From the NCBI GenBank assembly GCA_902598405.1, contig CACKBQ010000005.1, positions 3,013 to 67,012 of the forward strand: a stretch of 64,000 nucleotides of DNA, written 5' to 3'. Positions 8,866-16,855 of the stretch are shown here, in pieces. The translations under genes were made by a program, and so were the position numbers. Below the pieces are notes generated by a model. It was not told the origin of the DNA and did no database searches. It saw only the letters and a program-made list of their open reading frames with translations. Position 1 is the stretch's first letter. Every line of letters starts with the position of its first letter. This DNA is from an uncultured Pelagibacteraceae bacterium. Lineage in GTDB: Bacteria > Pseudomonadota > Alphaproteobacteria > Pelagibacterales > AG-422-B15.

Positions 8866-10172
8866 TAGGCTTTATATTTTTTGCTGTTAGCGGAGTCATC
8901 TCTGAAGTGATCAAGAAATGCCTTAAAAAGTCCTAGCTTTGTATCAACTTCATTGCCGTCAGCGATTTTTAATATTTGACGATAACACCAATAAACTTGA
9001 GCAGCTTTATTATTAGAACGCATAAGTGATATCGGGCTGTTTAAGCCAAGTATCCACGGACCAAATTCCAGCATATTTTCATATAGAATTGCTGATTTTT
9101 TTTCACCACTAATTAATTTATTTACAATGTCCGGTTCTGAGCAAAGCGGCCTTCCCAAACCAATTACATCACAAGCTCCGCTTTGAAGCGCATTGTTCAT
9201 GCCCTCTGCAGAGCGAAAGCCTCCTGTAACTGCTAAAGGAATTGAAATTACATCTTTAATAGCTTCAGCGTATTTCAAGAAATAAGCTTCTCTTACTTTC
9301 GTGCTACGCTGGGGTTTTATTGTTTTTGCTTTCTTTAAGTTAAATGAATCCATTTCCAATGCAGTAAAATTTTCATAAGTTCCACCAGAAATTTCAAGTA
9401 AGTCAAGAGAGGTATTATTCAGTATCCTTGCAACTTTAATACTTTCCTCGTGAGTAAATCCACCCTTTTGAAAATCACTTGAATTAAGTTTTACTGAAAT
9501 AGGAAAATTACTTCCAACTTTATCTCGGATCGCTTCAATTGTTGTAATTAGTAATCTGGATCGATTTTCAATGCTACCTCCCCACTCATCAGTTCGTTGA
9601 TTAACATTTGGTGATAAGAATTCTGAGAGAAGATAGCCGTGTGCTGAATGCAGTTGAACGCCAGTGAACCCTGTTTGCTTTGCAACCTCAGCGGCATTTA
9701 CAAATTGATCAATTATATTCAAGATTTCAGATTGGCTGAGCTCTTTTGGCACTCCAAACTTTAGAACTCCTCCCAAGGTAGGTAAAGGTTGAACTGAGGG
9801 CGCCCTGCTCTCTTTGTTAATACTAAAAGGCGTCTGCCTGCCGGCATGACTTAATTGCATCCATAGGTGAGTATTATTTTGCGTTCCAGCTTTTGACCAG
9901 TCGGCTAAAGCAGCTAAACTTTCATTAGACTGTTTTCCTTCTATTACAACATTACCAGCTCGTTCAATATATCGATGATCAACTTGAACATTACCTGTAA
10001 CAGAAATTCCTATTCCACCTTTAGCCCATCTTTCATAGAGATTATTATGTCTTTTATTTGCTGTCGCATCACTTTTTGCTAAACCCTCAGTCATTGCTGA
10101 TTTAAGAAATCTATTTTTAATTTCAGCGCCACAAGGTAGTATCAATTTTTCATTTATCATAACTTTCAACAA
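8847..10172 (-). CDS. NADH:flavin oxidoreductase, Old Yellow Enzyme family
   Basis: 441 aa with 'NRFLKSAMTE', 'W.QL.HAGRQ', 'GVQLHSAHGYLLSEFLSP..N.R.D.WGGS.ENR' and 'GRP' motifs. Confidence 0.8.
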   Translation of the reverse strand: MLKVMINEKLILPCGAEIKNRFLKSAMTEGLAKSDATANKRHNNLYERWAKGGIGISVTGNVQVDHRYIERAGNVVIEGKQSNESLAALADWSKAGTQNNTHLWMQLSHAGRQTPFSINKESRAPSVQPLPTLGGVLKFGVPKELSQSEILNIIDQFVNAAEVAKQTGFTGVQLHSAHGYLLSEFLSPNVNQRTDEWGGSIENRSRLLITTIEAIRDKVGSNFPISVKLNSSDFQKGGFTHEESIKVARILNNTSLDLLEISGGTYENFTALEMDSFNLKKAKTIKPQRSTKVREAYFLKYAEAIKDVISIPLAVTGGFRSAEGMNNALQSGACDVIGLGRPLCSEPDIVNKLISGEKKSAILYENMLEFGPWILGLNSPISLMRSNNKAAQVYWCYRQILKIADGNEVDTKLGLFKAFLDHFRDDSANSKKYKAYWKDLD

Positions 10173-10174
10173 AT

Positions 10175-11152
10175 TTAATTTACTATAAAATTTTTGATAT
10201 CTTCAGCTATTATTTCCGGTATTTCCATTGGAGGCATATGACCAACTTTAGGGTATAAAATTAAATTTATATTAGGAATATTTTCTAAAAAGTGTCTATT
10301 AAATCTTACATCAACTAAATTATCCTCTTCACCATGAAGTATTAAAGTTGGAATTTTTATGTTTTGCAGTAATTTAGGGTCAGTAATAAAGTCTTTTTCA
10401 TTATTAACGATCAGATTACCAATTGCCTCTCTAGAGCCTTCAAGTAAAATTATTTCATGAAATTGATCAATTAATTCCTCAGTTATGATATTCTGGTTAT
10501 AAACCGTTTGGTAAGCGGCCTGAGTTACAATAAATCTTGGCGTTATATAGCCAAGCATTTGCCTGAAAAATGGAATTTCTAAGAGTTTAAATGCAATTGG
10601 CGGGGCATTCTCTGACTGAAATTCTCTATATTCTTCCTCGCTTGCTAAAAAAGCTGAGCCTATAATCAGTAAACCACTCACTTCTTCTGGATAGTCAATT
10701 GTATAATCCCATACAACTCTTCCACCCATAGAGTGGCCTGCAAGAAAAAATTCATTTATATTTTTAATTTCTAATACTTCGTTAATAACTCTAATAAATC
10801 CATCAATAGAATAATTATCACTATTGACTGGTCCTGTTAATCCATGAGCTGGCAAGTCCAATGATATTATTCTAAAATCATCTAATAAAAATTTATTCAT
10901 ACTTTCGAAATTAAAAAGTGATCCATTAAATCCGTGTATTAAAACTAAAGTACTTCCATTTTTATTTCCTTCATCCCTTACATGAATTAACGATCCATCT
11001 TTGAGTTCTATAAATTCTGAGGCCCCCTTTGCATGTTTCGCAATAACATTTTCTTTTGGTATATCAAAGTATACAGAATTATAGATGATGAATGCTAATA
11101 AAATTAGTATGAGTAACAGAAAGTATTTTAAAATTTTTTTAAATATTACCAT
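10175..11152 (-). CDS. Membrane-anchored alpha/beta-fold hydrolase
   Basis: It has 'LVLIHGF', the nucleophile elbow 'GHSMGG' and a C-terminal 'GHMPPME'. I moved the start to the ATG at 11152 (MVIFKKILKYFLLLILILLAFII, a TM anchor). The track ORF start at 11245 would overlap the upstream dioxygenase by 83 nt. Confidence 0.8.
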   Translation of the reverse strand: MVIFKKILKYFLLLILILLAFIIYNSVYFDIPKENVIAKHAKGASEFIELKDGSLIHVRDEGNKNGSTLVLIHGFNGSLFNFESMNKFLLDDFRIISLDLPAHGLTGPVNSDNYSIDGFIRVINEVLEIKNINEFFLAGHSMGGRVVWDYTIDYPEEVSGLLIIGSAFLASEEEYREFQSENAPPIAFKLLEIPFFRQMLGYITPRFIVTQAAYQTVYNQNIITEELIDQFHEIILLEGSREAIGNLIVNNEKDFITDPKLLQNIKIPTLILHGEEDNLVDVRFNRHFLENIPNINLILYPKVGHMPPMEIPEIIAEDIKNFIVN

Positions 11153-11162
11153 AAAATATATT

Positions 11163-12011
11163 TTACATTCCGTAGGCTGCAATGGTTGTACGGTGTAAAA
11201 GACGTTCTTGCCCTTCATAACCGCCGGTTGCTCGGTGTAGAACACTTCTGTTATCCCACATAATTAACATATCTTTTTTCCATTTGTGACGGTAAACAAA
11301 TTCCTCTTTACACTGCCAAGCACTCAATTCCATAAGCAGTTTCATAGCTTCCTGGTTATCCATACCCTCAATACCAATGATATAACCAACTGTACCATAA
11401 ATACCCTCTTTATTTGTTTCAGGATGTTTCTTAATAATTGGATGTATTTGTTGAGCAAAAGCATCATCCGATGCTCTTATATCCATGCTTCTTCCCATTT
11501 CTCTGTCCTTATCTCCATAACCACCCCCTGGTGAATAGGGTACGAGAGCTGAGTGAATTGCTTTTTTACCCTCCAACTTTTTTCTTAATTCTGAAGGCAT
11601 GCGCTCTAATGCTAAATGTTGGTTCGCAAACAACGTATCACCGCCTTCTGATGGAATTATTTTTCCAAATAAACATGTACCTGCTGGCGGGTTTTTTTGA
11701 AAACTCCAATCTGTGTGCCAATTATCTGCAAAAATTGGAACTTTTTCATTTGCTGTTCTTTTAACAGCAATTATATTTTCTCTTCCTGGTATTGAAGCAA
11801 TAAACGGGTCATCTCCAAATGATCCAAAACATAGGGTGAAACGTTCTAAATCATCATCAGATAAAGCTTGATTTGGGAAACTCAGTACATGATATTTCAG
11901 CCAATGCTCTCTTATTACTTTAATTGTACTTTCAGATAGGTCTTTTTTTAAATCAATTCCTGAGATCTGAGCGCCACAAGATTGGCCTAATTTTTCCACT
12001 TTTAAACTCAT
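11163..12011 (-). CDS. TauD/TfdA-family Fe(II)/2-oxoglutarate-dependent dioxygenase
   Basis: 282 aa with the facial triad context 'WHTDWSF' (H-x-D), a late 'VLHRATG' and 'R.L.R'. Confidence 0.8.
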   Translation of the reverse strand: MSLKVEKLGQSCGAQISGIDLKKDLSESTIKVIREHWLKYHVLSFPNQALSDDDLERFTLCFGSFGDDPFIASIPGRENIIAVKRTANEKVPIFADNWHTDWSFQKNPPAGTCLFGKIIPSEGGDTLFANQHLALERMPSELRKKLEGKKAIHSALVPYSPGGGYGDKDREMGRSMDIRASDDAFAQQIHPIIKKHPETNKEGIYGTVGYIIGIEGMDNQEAMKLLMELSAWQCKEEFVYRHKWKKDMLIMWDNRSVLHRATGGYEGQERLLHRTTIAAYGM

Positions 12012-12079
12012 AACTAAGTATACTTTGCCAATATGAAATAGCTATTGAAATAGACATGTGTGAGCATAATTAGTTTATT

Positions 12080-12382
12080 ATGTATATCGCAATGAATAGG
12101 TTTAAAATTATTAAAGGAAACGAAGATACTTTCGAGAGCCTTTGGAAAAATAGGGAGTCCTACCTTGATGAAGTAGAAGGATTCCTTAGTTTTAATCTTA
12201 TAAAAGGTAAATCTCTCAGCGATCATACTCTTTATGCATCTCACAGTACTTGGAAAAGTGAAGAAGATTTTATATCTTGGACAAAATCTGAGTCATTCAG
12301 AAAAGCTCACAAAGATGCAGGAACTAATAAAGATCTCTATCTCGGTAATCCTCAATTTGAGGGTTTTAATGTTGTACAGTAA
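12080..12382 (+). CDS. Antibiotic-biosynthesis-monooxygenase (ABM) domain protein
   Basis: 100 aa with 'NRF.I..G.E..FE..W..R.S.L....GF..F.L......L..S...W.S...F..W..S..F..AH', as in IsdG/ABM-like proteins. Confidence 0.7.
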   Translation: MYIAMNRFKIIKGNEDTFESLWKNRESYLDEVEGFLSFNLIKGKSLSDHTLYASHSTWKSEEDFISWTKSESFRKAHKDAGTNKDLYLGNPQFEGFNVVQ

Positions 12383-13826
12383 TATAATAAATATCAAAAA
12401 ATTTTTAATTTATATTCTTGTTCTAATAATTATTAGTAATATTGCCAGAGCAGATTTTTTTGAAAATATAACAGGTATAATAGAAGATAATGATGAACGT
12501 CTAAGCTACGGGATTTCAGTGAATGACATCACAAACGACGGCAATTATGAACTAGTCGTTACTGGATTTGGTACAGATAATCTTGCTCTAAGTTATCGAG
12601 ATGGGGCACTGAAAAATATTATAAAAGACGAAAGTTTTTCTGACTCTAATCGCAAAACTATTGGAGTAGTAGCTTGCGATATTGATCAAGATGGTTATGA
12701 AGAGATTTATTTTCTTAATACAGATACATACAGTGGAAATAAATTGTATTCAGATCGACTTCTAGATTTTGAAAATAGTGAATTAAAAGACTTATTTTCA
12801 TTAGAAAAGAATAAGAAGGACCTAAATTATACCGCTGGCAGATCAGTTGCATGCGTAGATCGTCAAGGAAATGGTAAATACGGAATATATGTTTCAAACT
12901 ATGGTGGACCTACACGTTTTTACGAACTTGAAAACAATACAATAGTTGATCAAGCACCAAATTTACAAATAAATAGGGTTACAGGTGGTAGAGCAGTTGT
13001 TGTTGGAAATATTATATCTGAAAAGAGTGATATTTTTGCAGCTAATGAACGTGGATCAAATTTTCTGTATGTAAATAATAATGGGAAATTTATCGAAGTT
13101 GCGAAAAATTATGGAATTGACGATGAATTACAAAATGGACGTGGCACTACACTATCAGATATTTTTTATGATGGAGAGTTGGATATTATTAATGGAAATT
13201 GGAGAGGATATCACCGCGCTTATGTCAAAAATAATGATAAATTCATAGATATAGCTAATAAAGATTTTAGAGCTCCAACAAAAGTGAGGACAGTAATATC
13301 TGCTGACTTTGATAATGACGGATATGACGAAATATTTTTTAACAACATTGGAGAGCCGAATAAGCTTTTTAGAATTAACGACAATGGTGAATTTTTAGAG
13401 TTACAACTCAATGAAGCGTTAGAGCCCAATGGGTTAGGTACAGGTGCCGCAGTAGCTGATATTAATAATGATGGTGTATTAGAATTATTAATTTCACATG
13501 GTGAAACAGCTGAACAGCCACTCTCATTGTTTAGGGCTAATGTGCAAAAAAACCATAAATGGATCAGGATTTTACCAAAAAATATTTTTGGTGCCCCTGC
13601 AAGAGGTGGAACTGTAACTCTATATACAAATCAACGAACTCATGCAAAAACTATAGATGCAGGCTCAGGTTATCTTTGCCAGATGGAGCCAATAGCTCAT
13701 TATGGTATTAGAAATGAAGAGATTATAGAAAAGATAGTTGTTACTTGGACTGATGGTACTTCTTCAGAGATTGGTGAATTTGATTTAAATCAAACTATAG
13801 AAGTCAGGCAAGACACGGCTCCTTAG
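12369..13826 (+). CDS. Secreted FG-GAP/VCBS repeat protein with a C-terminal ASPIC/UnbV-like domain (CRTAC1 family)
   Basis: It has repeated 'D.D.DG..E' FG-GAP calcium-loop motifs (DITNDGNYELVV, DIDQDGYEEIYF, DFDNDGYDEIFF, DINNDGVLELLI) and a C-terminal 'GSGYLCQMEPIAHYG'. I chose the ATG at 12369 because it gives a signal peptide (MLYSNIINIKKFLIYILVLIIISNIARA). The track start at 12234 lies inside the ABM gene. Confidence 0.7.
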   Translation: MLYSNIINIKKFLIYILVLIIISNIARADFFENITGIIEDNDERLSYGISVNDITNDGNYELVVTGFGTDNLALSYRDGALKNIIKDESFSDSNRKTIGVVACDIDQDGYEEIYFLNTDTYSGNKLYSDRLLDFENSELKDLFSLEKNKKDLNYTAGRSVACVDRQGNGKYGIYVSNYGGPTRFYELENNTIVDQAPNLQINRVTGGRAVVVGNIISEKSDIFAANERGSNFLYVNNNGKFIEVAKNYGIDDELQNGRGTTLSDIFYDGELDIINGNWRGYHRAYVKNNDKFIDIANKDFRAPTKVRTVISADFDNDGYDEIFFNNIGEPNKLFRINDNGEFLELQLNEALEPNGLGTGAAVADINNDGVLELLISHGETAEQPLSLFRANVQKNHKWIRILPKNIFGAPARGGTVTLYTNQRTHAKTIDAGSGYLCQMEPIAHYGIRNEEIIEKIVVTWTDGTSSEIGEFDLNQTIEVRQDTAP

Positions 13827-14536
13827 TTTGCCATCTGGATAAAAATGTCTCCCATACCACCTTTTACTTCCTCAATTGGCTGATTATTTCTAAATTCACA
13901 AAATTGTCCTGTCGTTTCATTTGAAGCAATAGAAATAAGTTGGCTCTCGGTACATTCTGCTGCATTGTGTAATAGTCCGATTACAAGATCGTCATCTACT
14001 GTAAATACTTGGTTCTTATCAAGTTTGTTTTCCTTGCAGAAGTAGTTTCTATTTACTTCAATTGGAAAGTTATCCTTTTGACAGGGATCTTTAATCGTTA
14101 AAACATTTAATTCAAAATCTGTTTTATCGAAAGTGAATTTTACTTTTCTTGTCTTTGCGTATTTCATAAGATCACATGAACAAGGTAAACAACATCTATA
14201 ATATTCTCCACACATTAATTTGTTAGTCTCCTCCTCATAAATTTTTACTAAATCAGGTATTTCACCTGGATCAATTAATGAACCAGATACAGCGCAGTAA
14301 AGTTTATTGTACTCTATGAAATCATCGATCGCTAAACTCTGTTTTAATGCAAAATTAAAAAATTTTGGACCAGCGGCGTTTCTATTCTTGTCAGGAAATA
14401 TACTATTCCACGACTCAAGCAGTTTTTCATAATATTTTTGACCTATTTCAGCAGTCTCTAAATTATCATCAGCTTTTACATTCATTGTAAACATTAAAAA
14501 GATAATTACTAAAATTTTAATAATATTATCTCTCAT
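13823..14536 (-). CDS. Secreted cysteine-rich protein of unknown function
   Basis: 237 aa with a signal peptide (KILVIIFLMFTMNVKADD) and 10 Cys, including 'CGEYYRCCLPCSCD'. The ATG overlaps the stop of the photolyase-family gene by 4 nt (ATGA). Confidence 0.55.
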   Translation of the reverse strand: MRDNIIKILVIIFLMFTMNVKADDNLETAEIGQKYYEKLLESWNSIFPDKNRNAAGPKFFNFALKQSLAIDDFIEYNKLYCAVSGSLIDPGEIPDLVKIYEEETNKLMCGEYYRCCLPCSCDLMKYAKTRKVKFTFDKTDFELNVLTIKDPCQKDNFPIEVNRNYFCKENKLDKNQVFTVDDDLVIGLLHNAAECTESQLISIASNETTGQFCEFRNNQPIEEVKGGMGDIFIQMAN

Positions 14537-15975
14537 CTACTTCTTCTTCCAAGTCGGCTTCCATGTTTAAGATAGACTTGTTTTGCTATACTCTTAAATT
14601 GATCACTTTTTCTAATATTCCAGATTTCATTTCGAGCAAAGTCAGCAGATAATTTAGGGTCGACAATTTTTTCAGGATATTTTGATTTTATGCTAGCGCT
14701 ATGAATATTTTCAATATTCTCAAATTTGAGTTGAGGAAATTCCTCTAAAATAAACTTTGCTTCAGGATCCTGATCAATGCTTTGTTTTAAAACTGAATAA
14801 ATTCTTGGAAGATTAATTCCAGTTACACCACTTTGCATTTGAACTTGGCTTATGTGTATTCCAGGCTCATAATCAACGAACAGCTCCGCTAAAAGTGGAG
14901 AAGTTTTTTGCCAAGGCTGCCAGAGGTTATATGAGGCAAAAGACATAATCATCGCTCTCATTCTAAAATTAATCCAACCATATTTTCTAAGGTATTGTAT
15001 GCACGCATCAAGAAAAGGGAAACCAGTCTCACCTAGGATCCATTTTTCAATTAATTCTTTGTTTTCAGTTAATCTGAGTGTATCGCACATTGCATGCATA
15101 CTATTAAATTCTATGTTTGGCTCAGTTTCTAATTTCTGGATAAAATGGCAGTGCCAATAAAGTCTTTTTTTAAATGAATATAAGTCTGATTTATATTTAG
15201 AAGTTAATAATTCTCTTTTTAATTTTTTATAGACATATCTCAAGGAAATTGTTCCAAATGCGAAGTGCGAGGAAAGTCTTGAGCAGTGATCAACAGCATC
15301 CATAGGGCTTGACATCTTTATTTTATAATTATGACACCTTTCTTGAAAAAAAGTGTTTAGTAGTTTTTCAGCAGCTTCGGATCCACCGGGTTGAATTTTA
15401 ATAAAATCTCTTTGATGTGAGTCAATTTTAATTTTAATTAGTTTATCAAGTGAGATTGTGAAAAATTTATTGTCAATTCTATAATCTTTATTAGGCATTG
15501 GGTTATCGCACATATTTTCATTCATTTGAGAATCCCATAACCTTGACCATTGATCGCGATTAATATTAGTTCTTTGAACTCCAAAATCTCTAAATACATT
15601 GACGTCATATTTCTTAATTGCATTATTAATAAGGCTACTGATTTGAGAATTATAGTAATTGATATCAGTAGAATGATTAAAATATAAATTATATTGACCG
15701 TTGCTGTTCACCAAAGATTTATAAAATTCTTTGTAATCTCCAATAAATATCTCAAGTCTTGAATTCAGTTTTTTTAAATTTTGATCCAGCTCTATGAGAC
15801 AATCTTTCAAAAAATACAATTGCCGAATTGATTTTCCATTCCCCTGCCAATATTTTGGATCAAATATATAAATACATCTATATTTTTGTCTAATAGATCC
15901 ATGATATAAAGCCTCATTGTCTTTTGTTCTTAAATTTCTATGAAAAATTATTAAATCTGTTCTATTAGAAGCCAT
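14533..15975 (-). CDS. Cryptochrome/photolyase-family FAD protein
   Basis: 480 aa with 'SRLSSHFAFGTIS', 'RLYWHCHFIQKLE' and 'TGFPFLDACIQYLRKYGWINFRMRAMIMSFASYNLW', motifs characteristic of the photolyase FAD-binding domain. Confidence 0.8.
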   Translation of the reverse strand: MASNRTDLIIFHRNLRTKDNEALYHGSIRQKYRCIYIFDPKYWQGNGKSIRQLYFLKDCLIELDQNLKKLNSRLEIFIGDYKEFYKSLVNSNGQYNLYFNHSTDINYYNSQISSLINNAIKKYDVNVFRDFGVQRTNINRDQWSRLWDSQMNENMCDNPMPNKDYRIDNKFFTISLDKLIKIKIDSHQRDFIKIQPGGSEAAEKLLNTFFQERCHNYKIKMSSPMDAVDHCSRLSSHFAFGTISLRYVYKKLKRELLTSKYKSDLYSFKKRLYWHCHFIQKLETEPNIEFNSMHAMCDTLRLTENKELIEKWILGETGFPFLDACIQYLRKYGWINFRMRAMIMSFASYNLWQPWQKTSPLLAELFVDYEPGIHISQVQMQSGVTGINLPRIYSVLKQSIDQDPEAKFILEEFPQLKFENIENIHSASIKSKYPEKIVDPKLSADFARNEIWNIRKSDQFKSIAKQVYLKHGSRLGRRSR

Positions 15976-16042
15976 TTTATATAGATATAGCTGTATCTAC
16001 TTAAATCAAATTTTAGTCTAATACGGTATTTTAGATAATTTT

Positions 16043-16118
16043 TGGTGGGCCCACTAGGACTCGAACCTAGGACAACTCCGTTATGAGCTGTGAGCTTTAA
16101 CCTTTTGGCTAGGATATG
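16043..16118 (-). pseudogene. Decayed tRNA(CAT)-like copy
   Basis: Positions 16043-16088 match the 3' 46 nt of the intact tRNA (CCA end to anticodon loop GCTCATAA) at 44/46. The 5' half keeps only about 65% similarity (GCCAAAAGGTTAAAGCTC versus GCTCAGTTGGTTAGAGCC). The acceptor and anticodon stems can no longer pair. Confidence 0.55.
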
Positions 16119-16158
16119 TAATAAGTTTTATTGCGTAAATACTTAGTTTTAAGAATTG

Positions 16159-16180
16159 ATTACTGCAGAATTACTGCACA
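16159..16180. repeat. Tandem 11-mer pair 'TTACTGCAGAA TTACTGCACA', downstream copy
   Basis: 19/22 identical to 16685-16706. Each site is two direct 11-nt units, T[TG]ACTGCA[CG]A. It lies between the pseudo-tRNA and the lipoprotein stop. Confidence 0.6.
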
Positions 16181-16197
16181 TAAAGCAAAATCATTAA

Positions 16198-16647
16198 TTA
16201 TCTTTTAACTGTCAAAGGACACAGATATGTCGCACCTATTGTTATAGCATGATCCTGTCCCAAACAATCATATCTGCATACTTTGTTCATACCACTAGTA
16301 TATTCATAATCTTTAAAGCATGTAGTTGAACCTGATGAAGTATACGATTGACTTGCTGATCCAGCACTAGGGTCACATGGTGGATTAATAGGACACAGCT
16401 CAGTTGATCCCACAGTTATACTATAAGCACTTCCTAAGCAAGTATAGTCACAGACTTTGGTAAATGATGATTTGCTAGATTTGTTATAATTGGTATTACC
16501 TGTTCTGGGGTACAAATTATTTCCATAAATTGCCCGTTCCATATCATATAATCCGTCGGAAATAGCTTGCCATTCTTGTGCAGATAATCCACACCCATTT
16601 AAAAAAATAGTTATTATAAATATCGAGGATATTTTACTAAGTCTCAT
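16198..16647 (-). CDS. Cys-rich lipoprotein with an internal duplication, unknown function
   Basis: It has a signal peptide plus lipobox-like 'FLNGC'. Two copies of a motif are present: 'KVCDYTCLGSAYSITVGSTELCP' and 'KVCRYDCLGQDHAITIGATYLCP'. Confidence 0.6.
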   Translation of the reverse strand: MRLSKISSIFIITIFLNGCGLSAQEWQAISDGLYDMERAIYGNNLYPRTGNTNYNKSSKSSFTKVCDYTCLGSAYSITVGSTELCPINPPCDPSAGSASQSYTSSGSTTCFKDYEYTSGMNKVCRYDCLGQDHAITIGATYLCPLTVKR

Positions 16648-16684
16648 GAAACTATTATACTTTTAAAGTTCTTGAATAAAAGAA

Positions 16685-16706
16685 TTTACTGCACAATGAC
16701 TGCACA
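16685..16706. repeat. Tandem 11-mer pair 'TTACTGCACAA TGACTGCACA', upstream copy
   Basis: Direct repeat of 16159-16180. It lies 38 nt upstream of the lipoprotein ATG and about 55 nt from the second tRNA fragment. Confidence 0.6.
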
Positions 16707-16730
16707 GCTTGATTTTGAAAGATTAAAGTC

Positions 16731-16808
16731 GGGAATATATGACTTAAGTCATTGAATTATTTGGTGGGCCCACTAGGACTCGAACCTAGGACAACTCCGT
16801 CATGAGCG
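16731..16808 (-). repeat. tRNA(CAT) 3'-half fragment plus about 31 nt of 3' flank (att-like direct repeat)
   Basis: Positions 16762-16808 match 17904-17950 at 44/47. The flank 16731-16761 (gggaatatatgacttaagtcattgaattatt) is homologous to 17872-17903 (gggatttatgactcgtaagccattgaattact). There is no similarity beyond the anticodon loop. Confidence 0.7.
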
Positions 16809-16855
16809 TAGCGTATGATTGATGCCTCTATTACTTAGCTTAAAATTAGGCCACT

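Noticed and set aside
11153-11245. N-terminal extension of the alpha/beta hydrolase ORF (MFYTEQPAV...) that overlaps the dioxygenase gene by 83 nt. A similar extension occurs at 12234-12368 for the FG-GAP gene.
   Set aside because: Internal ATGs (11152 and 12369) give proper TM or signal N-termini and remove or minimise the overlaps. The extensions are most likely just open frame.
12014-12244. 76-aa minus-strand ORF spanning the tauD/ABM divergent promoter region.
   Set aside because: It overlaps the start of the well-supported ABM gene in antisense, has no recognisable motif, and would remove the only promoter space for both flanking genes.
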